A DNA stretch of 64,000 bases from Octopus sinensis (Eukaryota). The translations under genes and the position numbers were made by a program. Position 1 is the stretch's first letter. Each line of letters opens with the position of its first letter. The notes below the pieces were generated by a model. That model had not been told where the DNA came from, ran no database searches, and saw only the letters and a list, made by a program, of their open reading frames with translations. The stretch covers positions 175,336,001 to 175,400,000 of the forward strand of contig NC_042997.1 of NCBI RefSeq assembly GCF_006345805.1. The letters are read 5' to 3'. Shown one piece after another: positions 1 to 12,305 of this stretch.

Positions 1-668
1 AATAAGGCAAAGTGTTTAGTACTGAGATGAGACAACGCTTGTGAAAATATTTCCTGGGGAAATTCATAAGAAACTGCCTCTTTCTATCTCTCTCTCTCTC
101 TCTCTTGCTCTTTATATGGTGTGGGTTCATAAATATATTGTAATTCTGGGATAAGAAGACATTCCCTTTTAATAAATTGGACTGTCTCGGATGAAGTTTC
201 ACATCACAAACCATCGAATTACTTTGTAATTTTACAAACCTGTTATTGAGAACAGTAGTGAATTATCAGCTTGTAATGGTAGATGGAGTGGTCCATTGAA
301 AACTAAATCCTTTTAACCATGCACTTACTGCGGTGCCAATGACAAAACACACACACATACTTATATCCTCTTTCTCTCTGCTAGTTATCCTATACTTTCA
401 TAATCCTGTTGTTAATATCCTACTTCATTGATGAGTGATTCATTTAGGAGAAGCAATTTATGCAAATCTTTAACATTTCAAAACTTATTACAACACGACA
501 CTTTATGATGAAGAAGCTTCTACACATCTGAGCACAACTTGCTAGAAATAGCAGTCAAATTTCCCACACCTCATAAAAGAAATTGTATAGACAGAAATCT
601 CAATGGGAACCCATCAAATGGATCTTGTCATACTGTGTCATGTGGATTCTACTTGAGGATTACATTAA

Positions 669-887
669 CCCTTTAGTGTTTAAACCGGCTATATCCGGCC
701 TATATATTCTGCTCATTTTATGCTCAAACTGGCCAGAACCAGTATCTTACACCTCCCTGCAATGTCATTCTAAAGATAAACCATTACACCTTTCAAATTT
801 TGAAGCTACAAGATAATACCAGATTAATTTTTTAAAATGTAAATGAATAAAGATTACTATTGACATATTAATTTGAACACTAAAGTG
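669..887 (+). mobile_element. piggyBac-type MITE family B (219 bp)
   Basis: TTAA-CCCTTTAGTGTTTAAA...TTTGAACACTAAAGTG-TTAA. Confidence 0.7.
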
Positions 888-2407
888 TTAAGGGTACAAG
901 TATCTACAGGATACTTACCCCTCACACCATAATTCAATGAAACAACAGGAATAAGCACAGGCGTGGTTATGGTCTTGTGTTTAGTTTTATTGTGTAAGAC
1001 CTTGGGCAAATATCTTCTAGTTCAACTTTGAGCCAACCAAAGCCTTGTGAGTGGATTTGGTGGGCAGAAACTAAAAGTAGCTTGTGTGTGTGTGTTATGT
1101 GTGCCTTTGTCTTGATATCACATGATGATTATAAATGAGCATCACCATCATACAAGTGATGTTGTTTGCTTCTAGTCTTTTGTGGAAAACGTCTAACCAT
1201 GGGAAATATTTCTTTGCTTGGAGACAGGTGAGGATTGGCTACAGGAAAGGCATCCAACCATGGGAAATCTGCCTCAACAAATTTTGTCTTGTCAACGAAA
1301 GCATGGAAAAATTAAATGATGATGATGTTTACTCATCCTCGAAGCTAACTAAAAGCCATTTACCTTTTAACTAACAGAAATAGGTACCAGTAAAGCTAAT
1401 TACTCATGACTGGATGAAAACTCAAGTAATTCTAATTTATCATGCAGATATGAGAGGAAGGCAATATCGATGTCTTGAGACGAATTTCATAGAGACTGAA
1501 TTGAGTTTAGTAATATTGAAAGAAAAACGACCTCCTTCGGTCATGAATGACCATGGGATTGCACCTAGAGAGTAACCCACCAAGGCACTAGTCTGAGCAA
1601 GGTTGTTTATTGAAAACCAACAGCCACCCATGCATACTACCAATGTTATCCAGTGACATCGCAACTCATTTCTGCAGTTGATTGAACTGGGGCAGTGTGA
1701 AATAAAGTGTTTTGCTCAAGAACACAGCACACAGCCTGGTTTGGAAATTGAACTCTCTACCTCATGATTGTGAGCCCGATGCTCTAACCACTGAGCCATG
1801 CACCTTCACTGGTAATGATTCACATTGTCTTTGTAATTGATAAAATAGTAATATTACTGATACTTATTTTATCAACTACAAAGACAGTGTCAGTCATAGC
1901 AGAATTCCAAAGATATGTAGGTGCAGACATGGCTGTGTGGTTAAGAAGTTTGCTCTACAACCATGCGATCTTGGGTTCTGCCCCACAAGCCAGGACTTTG
2001 TGCAAGTGTCTTCTACTATAGCCCTGGATTGATCAGTGCCTTGAATGAATTTAGAAGATGGAAACTATGTAGAATCCTGCCACACACACACACACTTAAG
2101 GCAAGCTGACAGAATTATTAGTACACCAGGTGAAATACTTAGTGGTATTTCGTTCATCCTTATGTTCTGAGTTCAAATTCCACCAAGTCGACCTGGTCTT
2201 TCAGGGTCAGTAGAATAAGTTCCAGATGAGCACTGGAGTTGATGTAATCAACTTAAAAATACTCCTGGGTAAGAGTATAAAATCCTGCACTTCTCTGCTA
2301 AGCCATGTCGTAGAGTAGGCTCATCAAACCAGTTGCAGTTGGTGCAGAGAATCTGCTGAGGTCTTTGTCCTGCAGTGAACTGAACATAAGCAATCCAATA
2401 TGTATAT

Positions 2408-2598
2408 ATGTTTTCTTTTATTCTTTTCAGTCATTTGACTGTGGCCATGCTGGTGCACTGCCTTTAGTTGAGCAAATCAACCCTAGCACTTTTTCTTTGT
2501 AAGCCTAGTACTTGTTCTATCAGTTATTTTTGCCGAACCACTAAGTTATGGGGACGTAAATACACCAGCATCAGCTGTTAAGCAATGGTGGGGTACAA

Positions 2599-2631
<33 letters not shown>

Positions 2632-2901
2632 GTTGGAATTTGCAGAAAAACAAAAGACAAAGACAGGTGTATTAGTTAAACACTTGAGACAGTGAGAAAG
2701 TCTTTTATGTTTCGAGCCTACGCTCTCCAACAGAAAGGGACACGAGAAAATAAACTGAGATAGAATAAAAAAAGCTTTAGTGGCTGGGCTTCTTTCAGTT
2801 TCTCATCAACCAGATCCACTCACAAGTCTTTGATCGGCCCGAGGCTATAGTTGAAGACATTTGCCCAAGGAACCACGCCGTGGGGCTGCACCTGGAACCA
2901 T
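2408..2901 (-). mobile_element. SINE S1 split by a PLE fragment
   Basis: 3' half at 2408-2630; 5' half at 2786-2901. Confidence 0.75.
2632..2785 (-). mobile_element. PLE-type terminal fragment inserted in the microsatellite of a SINE; hammerhead-like fold at 2702-2737
   Basis: Homologous to 60298-60455 and, in reverse, to 6720-6812. It interrupts the SINE at 2408-2901. Confidence 0.6.
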
Positions 2902-5711
2902 GTATATGTGTGTATGCATGCATGTGTATATATATATATATATATGCTTATATGTATATCCCTCCCACCCCCATTGCTTGACAAGCACCATTGGTTTGTT
3001 TACATTTCCTCAATTTAACAATTTAACAGTTTGGTAAAAGAGGATGATAGCATAGATACCAGACTTTAAACATAAGTTCTCAGGTCGATTTGTCCAACTA
3101 AAACTACAAGTCATCACTCCCATATGGCTGCAGTCCAATGACAGAAACAAGTAAAAGAGTATATAGGGACAGAATTGAATTACCAGAGATGAATTTAACT
3201 TGATTCTGCAAAATATTTCTCACAACCCATTACCCTGATGATAAATTAGATAGACTTTTGTAGTTAAAAAACTTAATTATAAAAAGAGTGTTATCATATA
3301 AAATTCTTTGCTCTTTTATACGTGTCTATATATATATAATGGGTCAGATAGAATTTGTAAAGGTAGATTTTTTGTGACCAAAAGCCCTTTGTCTCCTACT
3401 CTCAACTGTTTCCAAAGCTAGACATGTTTTCCATGAAAGACTGAAAACAAATATCACGTGATGTCAAGACACTGGCTCATGCACACACACACACACACAC
3501 ACTGTGGGCTTCTTTTAGTTTCCAGTTCCCAAATCAACTCACAAGGCTTTGGTTGGCTGTAGGTTATAGTTGAAGACACTTGCTCAAGGTGCTACACATT
3601 GGAACTGAACCAGAGACTATATGATTGCAAAGCAAGCTTCTCAACCATACAGCCTAAAATTTATTCATTTATTTATATATTTTCATTTATTTTGGAGATT
3701 GGGGTAAGGTCTTCATTGTGATGTTCATGTTCTGTTGTTTAACACCAGGTCAACTCTGATCATGCAACACTATGAACAAAGTATTCCACCCATGACCATA
3801 CTCCCTTGCTTTCAAACAGTCTTTCCAGGACTACTACATTATCTAGTGTTACTTTACTTTGCTTACTATTTCTAGTAGGTCAGACGACCATGCAGAATCT
3901 CTTTCACTGGCTTGTGTAGTAACTGTTGTATGTAGGTGGATTTTGCCTATTTCTTTGTTATATTATTGTAAAAGATATTTTGTTTTTGTTTTCCAATTTG
4001 TAGAGTTTTCAAGTTATCAGATCTGAAGTAATAGGTTTTGACTCATTTATGCTTCGTGGTGCAAGAGGAACGTTTGTGTGTCCATTGATTATAGTAATGC
4101 ATGTCAACCAGATCAAATTATATAAGTAAACCACCCACGTTAGCAATCGTACACTTATAAAATAACACACACACTCACACACTAACACATGTTCTCACTG
4201 ACTCACAAGACTATAAAAAGATATTTGTCTATATACGTAAGCAAGTAACTATAAATCAATTCGTATATATGTCCATCCCCCCTTGTTTGTTTGTGTACGC
4301 ATGTGTTTTATATGTATATATATTTTATATTTGTGTGTGTGTGATTTGGAGAAATTTTGTGTTTACCAGGGGTTCCTTAACTGGTTTCAACTATTGGACC
4401 TTGGTCATATCAGAGCACTGCTTTCTATAGAATAATCAATTACACAAGCCTCTGTGCTTAATTTTCTTGACTTACTTTTCTTTGTTTATTTTATTGACCT
4501 TGAAAGGATTAAACCTGAGTGGGGTTTGACCTCAGAAAATAAAGGGATATAACTGAATATTATAAGGTAGATTTGCTGATGCTTTACTAATTTTGCCATC
4601 CACCTGTTATATGGAGATACTATTTTACAAAATCTTGCCAAGATTTCCATAAAACTTGAGAGTCAACGCTTTGCTCTAGCATCAAGGCATGGAAAGAATG
4701 AGTGATACTCCTGTCACACACATACAATCTTTAAATACAACATCAACATATAGAAAACTTTTCTCAGAAAATCTGTTATATATATACCAAACAGCTGTGT
4801 GTTGATGTATGTTAAGTATTATGTGTCACTAAGTACTTATAAAATGATTGAATGATTAAGAAGTTTGCTTTGCAACCATGAGGTTCTGCATTAGATCTTG
4901 GGTGGAGGTATATGGCTTAGTGGTTAGGAGTCTTGGGCTCTTGATTGTAAGGTTGTGGTTTTGATTCCTGGACTGGATGACACATTGTGTTCTTGAATAA
5001 AATACTTCATTTCACATTACTCCAGTCTACTTAGCTGGCAAAAATGAGTAATCTTGCGATGGACCAGCATCCCATCCAGGTGGGGAATATATACACCACA
5101 AAACCAGGAAACTGGCCCTTCTGAGTCGGTACAACTCAAGAAGTTAACTTTACCTTTTTGTCACATCTTGGGCAAGTTTCTATTACTATAACCCTGGGTC
5201 CATTCAAATCTTGTGAGTGAAATTGCATGGATTGTACTTGTTATTCACAGATTCAGCTTTGTCACACACTGTCATACTAACTTTCTCCAAGTATTACATA
5301 AGAAGACACAGCTATTGAATATTAAGTCACATGCTAGCTCAATAAGTAGGCCGTTCTGTTGACCAAACAATTAGAACACTCATCGTGAAGATTGACTGTG
5401 ATCCATTTATATAATCAAATATTCCCAAATGTATTAGAATTCAAGGCAATAACCTACTAAGCCTTTTTGCTTTCTTTTTTTTCTTTATATTCCTAGTAAC
5501 CAGGACATTACAACAACACAAATTATGAGTCCATAGTAACTATCATTTATAACTCTAATCTTAATCTTACTTTCATGCCTTATGTCATCATCATCATCAT
5601 TGTTTTAATGTCCACTTTTCCATACTCGGACAGTCTACTGAGGCAGATTTTCAACAACCAGATGCCCTTTCTGTTGTCAACCCTTACCTGTCGCCAAACA
5701 TGACCAAACAT

Positions 5712-5761
5712 ATTTCTTGTGAGTGGATTTGGTAGAGAGAAATTGAAAGAAGCCTGTCGTA

Positions 5762-5850
<89 letters not shown>

Positions 5851-6048
5851 ATATGTTTGTGTGTCTGTGTTTGTCCCCCCAACATCGCTTGACAACCGAT
5901 GCTGGTATGTTTACGTCCCTATAACTTAGCCGTTTGGCAAAAGATATCGATAGAATAAGTACCAGGCTTACAAAGAATAAGTCCTGGGGTTGATTTGCTC
6001 GACTAAAGGCGGTGCTCCAGCATGGCCACAGTCAAATGACTGAAACAA

Positions 6049-6058
<10 letters not shown>
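5712..6058 (+). mobile_element. SINE S1, 5'-truncated, with expanded (TA)n
   Basis: Body and tail recognisable; roughly 80-bp (TA)n core. Confidence 0.8.
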
Positions 6059-6085
<27 letters not shown>

Positions 6086-6719
6086 GTAGAGAGTGAGGAA
6101 GGAGATAGATCTTGTTAAATTTTGCCAGTTCGTCACTCACAGAATTATTTTGGCATCTAATTTATTTTTATAGCTGGATGTAAATTTAATTATCAGTGAA
6201 GATTTAAAATGCGAATATATTTCAAATGTTACCCAAAATGCAATGCTCTTCCCTTTGTTGAAGCCAAGTATAAATATTGACCAAGACAACCTACTTTATT
6301 CCCTTTCAACTTCAATGTTTGTAAACAATTTTCTTTACAACCTAATTTCCTTCCACAGCCTAGATATATATCAATATACTGTGAGCTGACTGACTCACTT
6401 ACACATGCATACTCATACAAAACAAAATACTGGAATACTTCTTTTATTTATTGTTATTTTGGCCAAGGTCTGTCTACATTGAGCAGATCCATAATCAAAA
6501 ACATTCCAGTCATAACCATCCCTTTTCTTCTATCATATCAGATATGTGTCTAATTTGTTACCCAATGTAGTCTTTAAGGCAGTAGGCTTAGATTTAAGGG
6601 TAATTTGGTTGTTATTTCTAACAGGGTAAGCAACCATGTAGATGCTCTTTTGTTGACTCATTTCTTTACTGCATGTGTATTGGATGTGTGTACACACACA
6701 CACACACACACACATATAT

Positions 6720-6805
6720 ATTCTATTCCTGAGCGTTATACTAATACATCTGTTTGTTTTGTACACCACCTGTCTTCGTCTTTTGTTTTTTTTTTTGTAA
6801 ACTCT

Positions 6806-6812
<7 letters not shown>
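6720..6812 (+). mobile_element. Truncated PLE-type fragment between microsatellites
   Basis: Reverse complement of the 60298-60380 segment; lacks the ribozyme part. Confidence 0.5.
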
Positions 6813-6863
<51 letters not shown>

Positions 6864-7312
6864 AGTACCTTTATATATAAAATACCTTTATAAAAGTACA
6901 TGTCTGCATTACCAAGAGCGGATATCTTCACCTAGCTGGGTTGCATTGTCTGCACACACGGCAGGAGTATCAGGTACGAACACCCCTGCACGGAGTCTTG
7001 ATGTTCAATATTTAATATTGTTTGGGTGTGCGAATTATACTGAGCTAGCAAGGTACCTAATTCAATTGAATCTTAATTATATTATCCCTTTCTCTTTCTC
7101 AGAGAGGCACAAGCACCTACACACACGTATACACATACAGCAGTAACTTCCTCCTACCAAATTCAATCACAAAGCTTCAGTCGGCCCGGGGCTATAGCAG
7201 AAGACACTTGCCCAAAGTGCCCGAAACCATGTAGCTAGGAAGCAAGCCTCCTAACCACACAGCCATGCCTACACCTACGATATTATATTATTTATATATA
7301 TACATATATATA

Positions 7313-7580
7313 TGTCACGTGACCACATGACCGACCAGGCTATCAGGTGTTGCCTTCAAATGACGCCACCCTGCTGGCTAAGCAAGCATGCCAATCGAAG
7401 GAGTGAGAGGAAGTTGTGGCGAAAGAGTACAGCAGGGATCGCCACCACCCTCTGCCGGAGCCTCGTGGAGCTTTAAGTGTTTTCACTCAATAAACACTCA
7501 CAACACCCGGTCTGGGAATCGAAACTGTGATCCTACGGCCACGAGTCCGCTGCCCTAACCACTGGGCCAGTGCGCCTCCA
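7313..7580 (-). mobile_element. SINE S3
   Basis: Reverse complement of 8092-8400 with a small internal deletion. Confidence 0.85.
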
Positions 7581-7659
7581 CTATATATATATATATCTAT
7601 CTATATATATATATATATATATATATCTATATATATATATATATATATATATCTATATA

Positions 7660-7699
<40 letters not shown>

Positions 7700-7766
7700 C
7701 ACACACACACATTTTGCAAAATCCTGATGTGAAATTCTGTGTTTAAACAGATATTGTTATATTTCA

Positions 7767-8077
7767 GGATGGTCATTTTCCTTTTCTTATCAAATAAACA
7801 CATGCACTATATAGCACTTTTTTTTTATTATTGTTCTTGTTTTATGTCCACTGTCTGGAAATTTTTCATCACACACCTGTGATCCCTCCAATGTCTCTCC
7901 ATCCCACATGTCTCCTCCAGAGCAGGAGGAGATATGTGGGATAGCGAATCACTCAAGAGGTCAGGTGTGTGTGATGAAAGGTTTTCAGGCAATGGACATA
8001 AAATGAGAACAATCCTAAGCAAGTGAAGACAAATATATATAGTGTATGTGTTTATTTGGCAAGAAAAATGACCATCC
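7767..8077. mobile_element. Fold-back element (~150-bp imperfect arms, 6-nt loop)
   Basis: GGATGGTCATTTT...CAAATAAACACAT...TTTTATGTCCA...TTTCATCACACAC...ATCCCACATGTCTCCTCC is mirrored to the right of the loop at 7919-7924. Confidence 0.7.
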
Positions 8078-8091
8078 CAATATATATATAT

Positions 8092-8400
8092 GTGGAGGCA
8101 CAATGGCCCAGTGGTTAGGGCAGTGAACTCACGGTCGTAGGATCACGGTTTCGATTCCCAGATCAGGCGTTGCGAGTGTTTATTGAGCGAAAATACCTCA
8201 AAGCTCCACGAGGCTCCGGCAAGGGGTGGTGGCGATCCCTGCTGTACACTTTCACCACAACTTTCTCTCACTCTTTCTTCTGTTGGCCTGCTTGCTTAGC
8301 TGGCGGGGTGGCGTCGTTTGAAGGATAAAACAATGCAAAGCACATTGTGACCAGCGATGTGTAGCAACATCTGATAGCCTGGGTGGTCACGATGATCACG
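8092..8400 (+). mobile_element. tRNA-headed SINE family S3
   Basis: A box TGGCCCAGTGG, B box GGTTTCGATTCCC; mirror copy at 7313-7580. Confidence 0.85.
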
Positions 8401-8640
8401 AGATATATATATATATAAACTGCGAATCTCTTTGTTTTTTTTGTTTTTCTATTGATCTACTTGATTAAGCTTGGGCTGTGACTAATCAACATCACAAAGG
8501 TTGTAAACAGTAATATTTGAACTCATGACTATGTTGTAAGTAGCAGTCCAATGCTCATAGCCATTGATGCCTTGCTTTCAGGCAGAAACTTTGTTCAAAT
8601 TTTAGCAGAATACCTGTGGAGTTAAGACGTTTACTTCATC

Positions 8641-8675
<35 letters not shown>

Positions 8676-9321
8676 GAAATTATTGTTTACAGTGCTCAGG
8701 TGCACCACAACTTGTCAGAAAGTGCATATAAAGTGTATGCAGTAATGTACAAAATTCTGGAAAGCAAACAATGTATGAGTCAGATACATGCTTGTGTGTG
8801 TATGGAGGGGAGAAAATCAGGCGTAGTGTTGGTGAATCTCAGAAAGCATGGAAGTTTTGAAGGATGCAGTGCTCCGACAACTAACAACTGATGCCAGCAG
8901 TTTGTTCCATGCTTCAGCAACTCTCAGCGTAAAACCTTGGGCAAGTGTCTTTTACTATAGCCCTGGGCTGACCAATGACTTGTCAGTGAATTTGGTTGAT
9001 GGAGACTGCACAGGAGTCCATCATATGCGTGTGTGTGTGTGTTTGTTTATCTCTCACCTGTTGACAGTTGGTGATTTTTTGTTTACCCACACATATATAT
9101 ATGCGCCGTAACCACATGTTCTTTTCTTTAGTTATTCTTTTCCTTCTCTCTGGATCTTTCCGCTTTCTGACAAAGAGCCATTCTCAACACATCACACCCC
9201 ATCTTTTTTCCATCTTAAACTGAGTGTCGACTTAATATATTTGCCATGTATGTCCTTTTGACTTATGTTGTTTTTGTTTTTATTTTTGATTTGCCAATAC
9301 ACACACATACACACACACACA

Positions 9322-9537
9322 CGAGGAGGTGCTGAAAATTCCCTGGCTTTCGATGAAAGAAAATACAGGAGGATCAGTTATTATTTCATTCAACATATTC
9401 TCCATTCAGATTCACACACTTATTGCAGTGGTCCTTCAGTTTTTCTAAGCCCTGTAAAAGAACTCATAAGTTTGGGCCTCCAACCAGGCCTTTTGCGATA
9501 CCCTTAAAGCTAGGAACTTCTTTGCCCTACCCCCTCA
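9322..9537 (+). mobile_element. Mariner-type MITE
   Basis: Imperfect TIRs CGAGGAGGTGCTGAAAATTCCCTGGCTTT / AAAGCTAGGAACTT...CCCCTCA followed by TA; other copies at 11451-11552 (partial) and 59163-59381. Confidence 0.7.
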
Positions 9538-10172
9538 TATATATATATATATATATATAGCAACTTACAGTTTAACAAAAAAAGAGGCCAATAGAGTAAG
9601 TACCAGACTTAAGGTTGATTTTATTGGCTAATCCCATCAAGGCAGTGCTCCAATTTGGTTGCACTTCAGTGACTGGCACAAGTAAAATAATAAACATCTG
9701 TGTTAGTGTTTTTGTAGAAGGAATTGGTAGTTCATATCTTGTCAGTTGCATATTCTTTGTCCATGATCAAGGCACTTAACTCTCTTTGATCTGGTTCATC
9801 TAGCTATATATAGGCACCATATGGCATTGATTTACTATTATAAACATTAGTGATACTGAAAATTGACAGGTGCTCTGGGTTCTATTTCCTCATTGGGAAA
9901 GTTAACTTGCAATAGATTGGTATCCTATCCAGTGAAAGATTTCTTTCTCAATCATTTATTATTAGAAAGCAAAGTTGGCTCGCTCTTGAACCAGTAGACT
10001 TTCAGACCCCCCCCCCCCAAAAAAAAATTAACTTTTTAACTTGTTTGTTGAGGTTTATATATATATATTGGTAAAAACGGTAAGATAACAAAAGAAAGAA
10101 AGAGACCTCAATATTATGTAAATAGAAGAAATTTATCTGTAAATTAATATGTGACAATTATTCAATAGCCAG

Positions 10173-10233
10173 GATAAAACTCTGAGTTTCGGATGCCGAA
10201 GTGGAAATCCACAACACCATCTCTTCAGTTATC
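10173..10233 (-). ncRNA. Type I hammerhead ribozyme, canonical core
   Basis: Minus strand reads GATAA-CTGAAGA-stem II (GATG/CATC plus GTGG/CCAC hairpin)-GAAA-CTC-A-GAG-TT-TTATC. Stem I GATAA/TTATC is perfect and the cleavage triplet is GUU. Confidence 0.8.
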
Positions 10234-10246
10234 TGGCCATCTGAGA

Positions 10247-10307
10247 GATAACCGAAGAGTTGGTGTTGTGGATTTCCACTTCGGCATCCGAAACTCAGAG
10301 TTTTATC
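10247..10307 (+). ncRNA. Mirror copy of the hammerhead with U4C core (CCGAAGA)
   Basis: Right arm of the palindrome: GATAA-CCGAAGA...CATCC-GAAA(10290-10293)-CTCAGAG-TT-TTATC. Confidence 0.6.
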
Positions 10308-11070
10308 TTGGCTATTGAATAATTGTCACATATTAATTTACAGATATATATATATACATATATATTCAGTTAGTTAATTTGAGAAAGAGTGGCATACAGC
10401 CGGATTTTCGAGTCTTGAAAAGACAGTAGGAAGGGGATTAAATTCTAGGAAGAAATGTTCTACTAAGTGTTTATTGTGAAGTCTAGGATATGACAAATAG
10501 TATGTCGAGTAAAAGAAGTGATAAGCTTATCAAATGTGTCTTGGTGGAAACCTCATTGTACAGCTTAACAAATTCAAAGGATTAGGGATAATTTTCCTAG
10601 TCAAGGGGCACAAAGATATGGTGTCAGGGTTTTAGATTGTTGGTGAAGGTAGATATAGAATGTGATTACATCATTCCACTTGTTTAAACAGTATACAAAG
10701 TGTTGGTATATTTATGCTTTATTTAAATACCCCCCTTCTGCTTTCCTCTTAAAAGAAATCTTAGATTTTATTGAACAGCTTCGGGTGTGTGAAGAATGTT
10801 TGGTTCACATAGTTATAAAACTTTGTGTGATAACAGAAATACATTTTAAATACATTTTTCTTTTTTTTTGCTTTGTACTAATACAATTTTTTTTTTTAAA
10901 TCAAAGATGCCTTTAAAGGTTGAGTAAAACATGACCCTCATATAAATATATAAATTTGCTATACGTATAAACAAAAGCTAATAAATTTTCATTAATTAAT
11001 ATTATACTGTTAATGATGAGAAAAAAACTCTACTGCACCTGCTTTCACTAAAACTCCAGTTCTACCTAAA

Positions 11071-11760
11071 TGACGTGCTACCATTATTCCGCTGTTCAAA
11101 GAGAGTGACTGCACATCACCTGTTAGTTACTGTCCAGTTAGTCTTACCAGCTGAATCACCCCAGATTTATGGCATCTGTACCAAAGAGACAGTCTGGAAC
11201 TTCTAAAACTTTTATAACCTTGTTCAACCCTCACAATTTAGATTTATCTTTAACTCCAGCTGTTATGGCCAACTTATTGAATTTCTTGAAAACATCACCT
11301 GAATTATAGGTGGTGGTTCATGGATGTTATCTATCTCATCTTCACCTTTAATTCTGTGCTACACAAATGGCTTATGGAGAGGTTCTCTGCAATTGCCATG
11401 AGGGCTAATCTGGTTGAAATCCTTTATTCTTGGTCAAAAATAGGTAGTCATACAGGAGGATCAGTTAATTATGATTTCATTCAACATATTCTCCTCTCAG
11501 ATTCACACACTTATTGCAGTGGTCCTTCAGTTTTTCTAAGCCCTGTAAAAGAGGTACCATGACAACACTTTGCATTTTATGCGATAACATCTGGCGCCCC
11601 ACAGAGATCTGTTCTTGGTCCTTTATTTGTTGCATGCATTAATGAAATATATGCCAACTTGAAGTGTTTTACTGTGTTACAATATGCAGAGAACAACAAG
11701 TTATACCTTGAAACAAAAAAAGAACAGATCCTACATGTAGACCTTTCTTGCAATCTGACC
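11071..11760 (+). pseudogene. Decayed CR1/L2-type LINE reverse transcriptase, split by a mariner MITE fragment
   Basis: Motifs RATIIPLFKE...SYCPVSLTS; QF.F..SSCYGQLIEFLE; DVIYL.F.FNSV.HK; ITSGAPQRSVLGPLF..CINE; LQYAENNKLY (YADD degenerated). Stops and frameshifts are present. Confidence 0.8.
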
Positions 11761-11894
11761 TGAACTTAACACAACACTAGATTACTGACCAGTGCAATTG
11801 TCCAGTGGTAATCAAGAGATTGGAAGAGACCACACAGGAAACCTCAAAGCTGGGAAAGCAACATAGTCAAAAAATTCAAGTCAAAATAATATCA

Positions 11895-12305
11895 GACATT
11901 CCAGGGCCGCTGACTAGCCCCCGCACCAGTGGCATGTAAAAAACACCATTCGAGTGTGATCGTTACCAGCATTGCTTTACTGGTACTTGTGCCAGTGGTA
12001 CGTGAAAAGCAACATTCAAACAAGGGTGTTGCCAGTGCCGCTGGACTGGCTCCTGTGCAGGTGACACGTAAAAACACCATCTGAGTGTGGCTGTTGCCAG
12101 TACCGCCTTGACTGGCCCTCATACTGGTGGCACATAAAAGCACCCACTACACTCTCGGAGTGGTTGGTTTTAGGAAGGGCTTCCAACTGTAGAAACTCTG
12201 CCAGATCAGATTGGAGCTTGGTGCAACCATCTGGCTCACCAGTCCTCAGTCAAACCGACTAACCCATGCCAGCATGGAAAACAGACGTTAAACGATGATG
12301 ATGAT
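11895..12305 (+). mobile_element. RTE 3'UTR-derived repeat
   Basis: GGCACRTAAAAGCACC subrepeats, AGGAAGGGC box and GACGTTAAACGATGATGATG tail. Confidence 0.75.

Larger units (their letters stand above)
10068..10346. mobile_element. PLE-type terminal fragment with inverted duplication (101-bp arms)
   Basis: Arms 10134-10234 and 10246-10346 are reverse complements with 3 mismatches and an 11-nt spacer. Flanked by (TA)n on both sides. Confidence 0.75.

Noticed and set aside
5580-7727. ORFs rich in YIYI, THTH, CVCV, ERER or poly-T/V (here and throughout the track)
   Set aside because: They are translations of (TA)n, (CA)n, (GA)n and trinucleotide tracts, with no splice or homology support.
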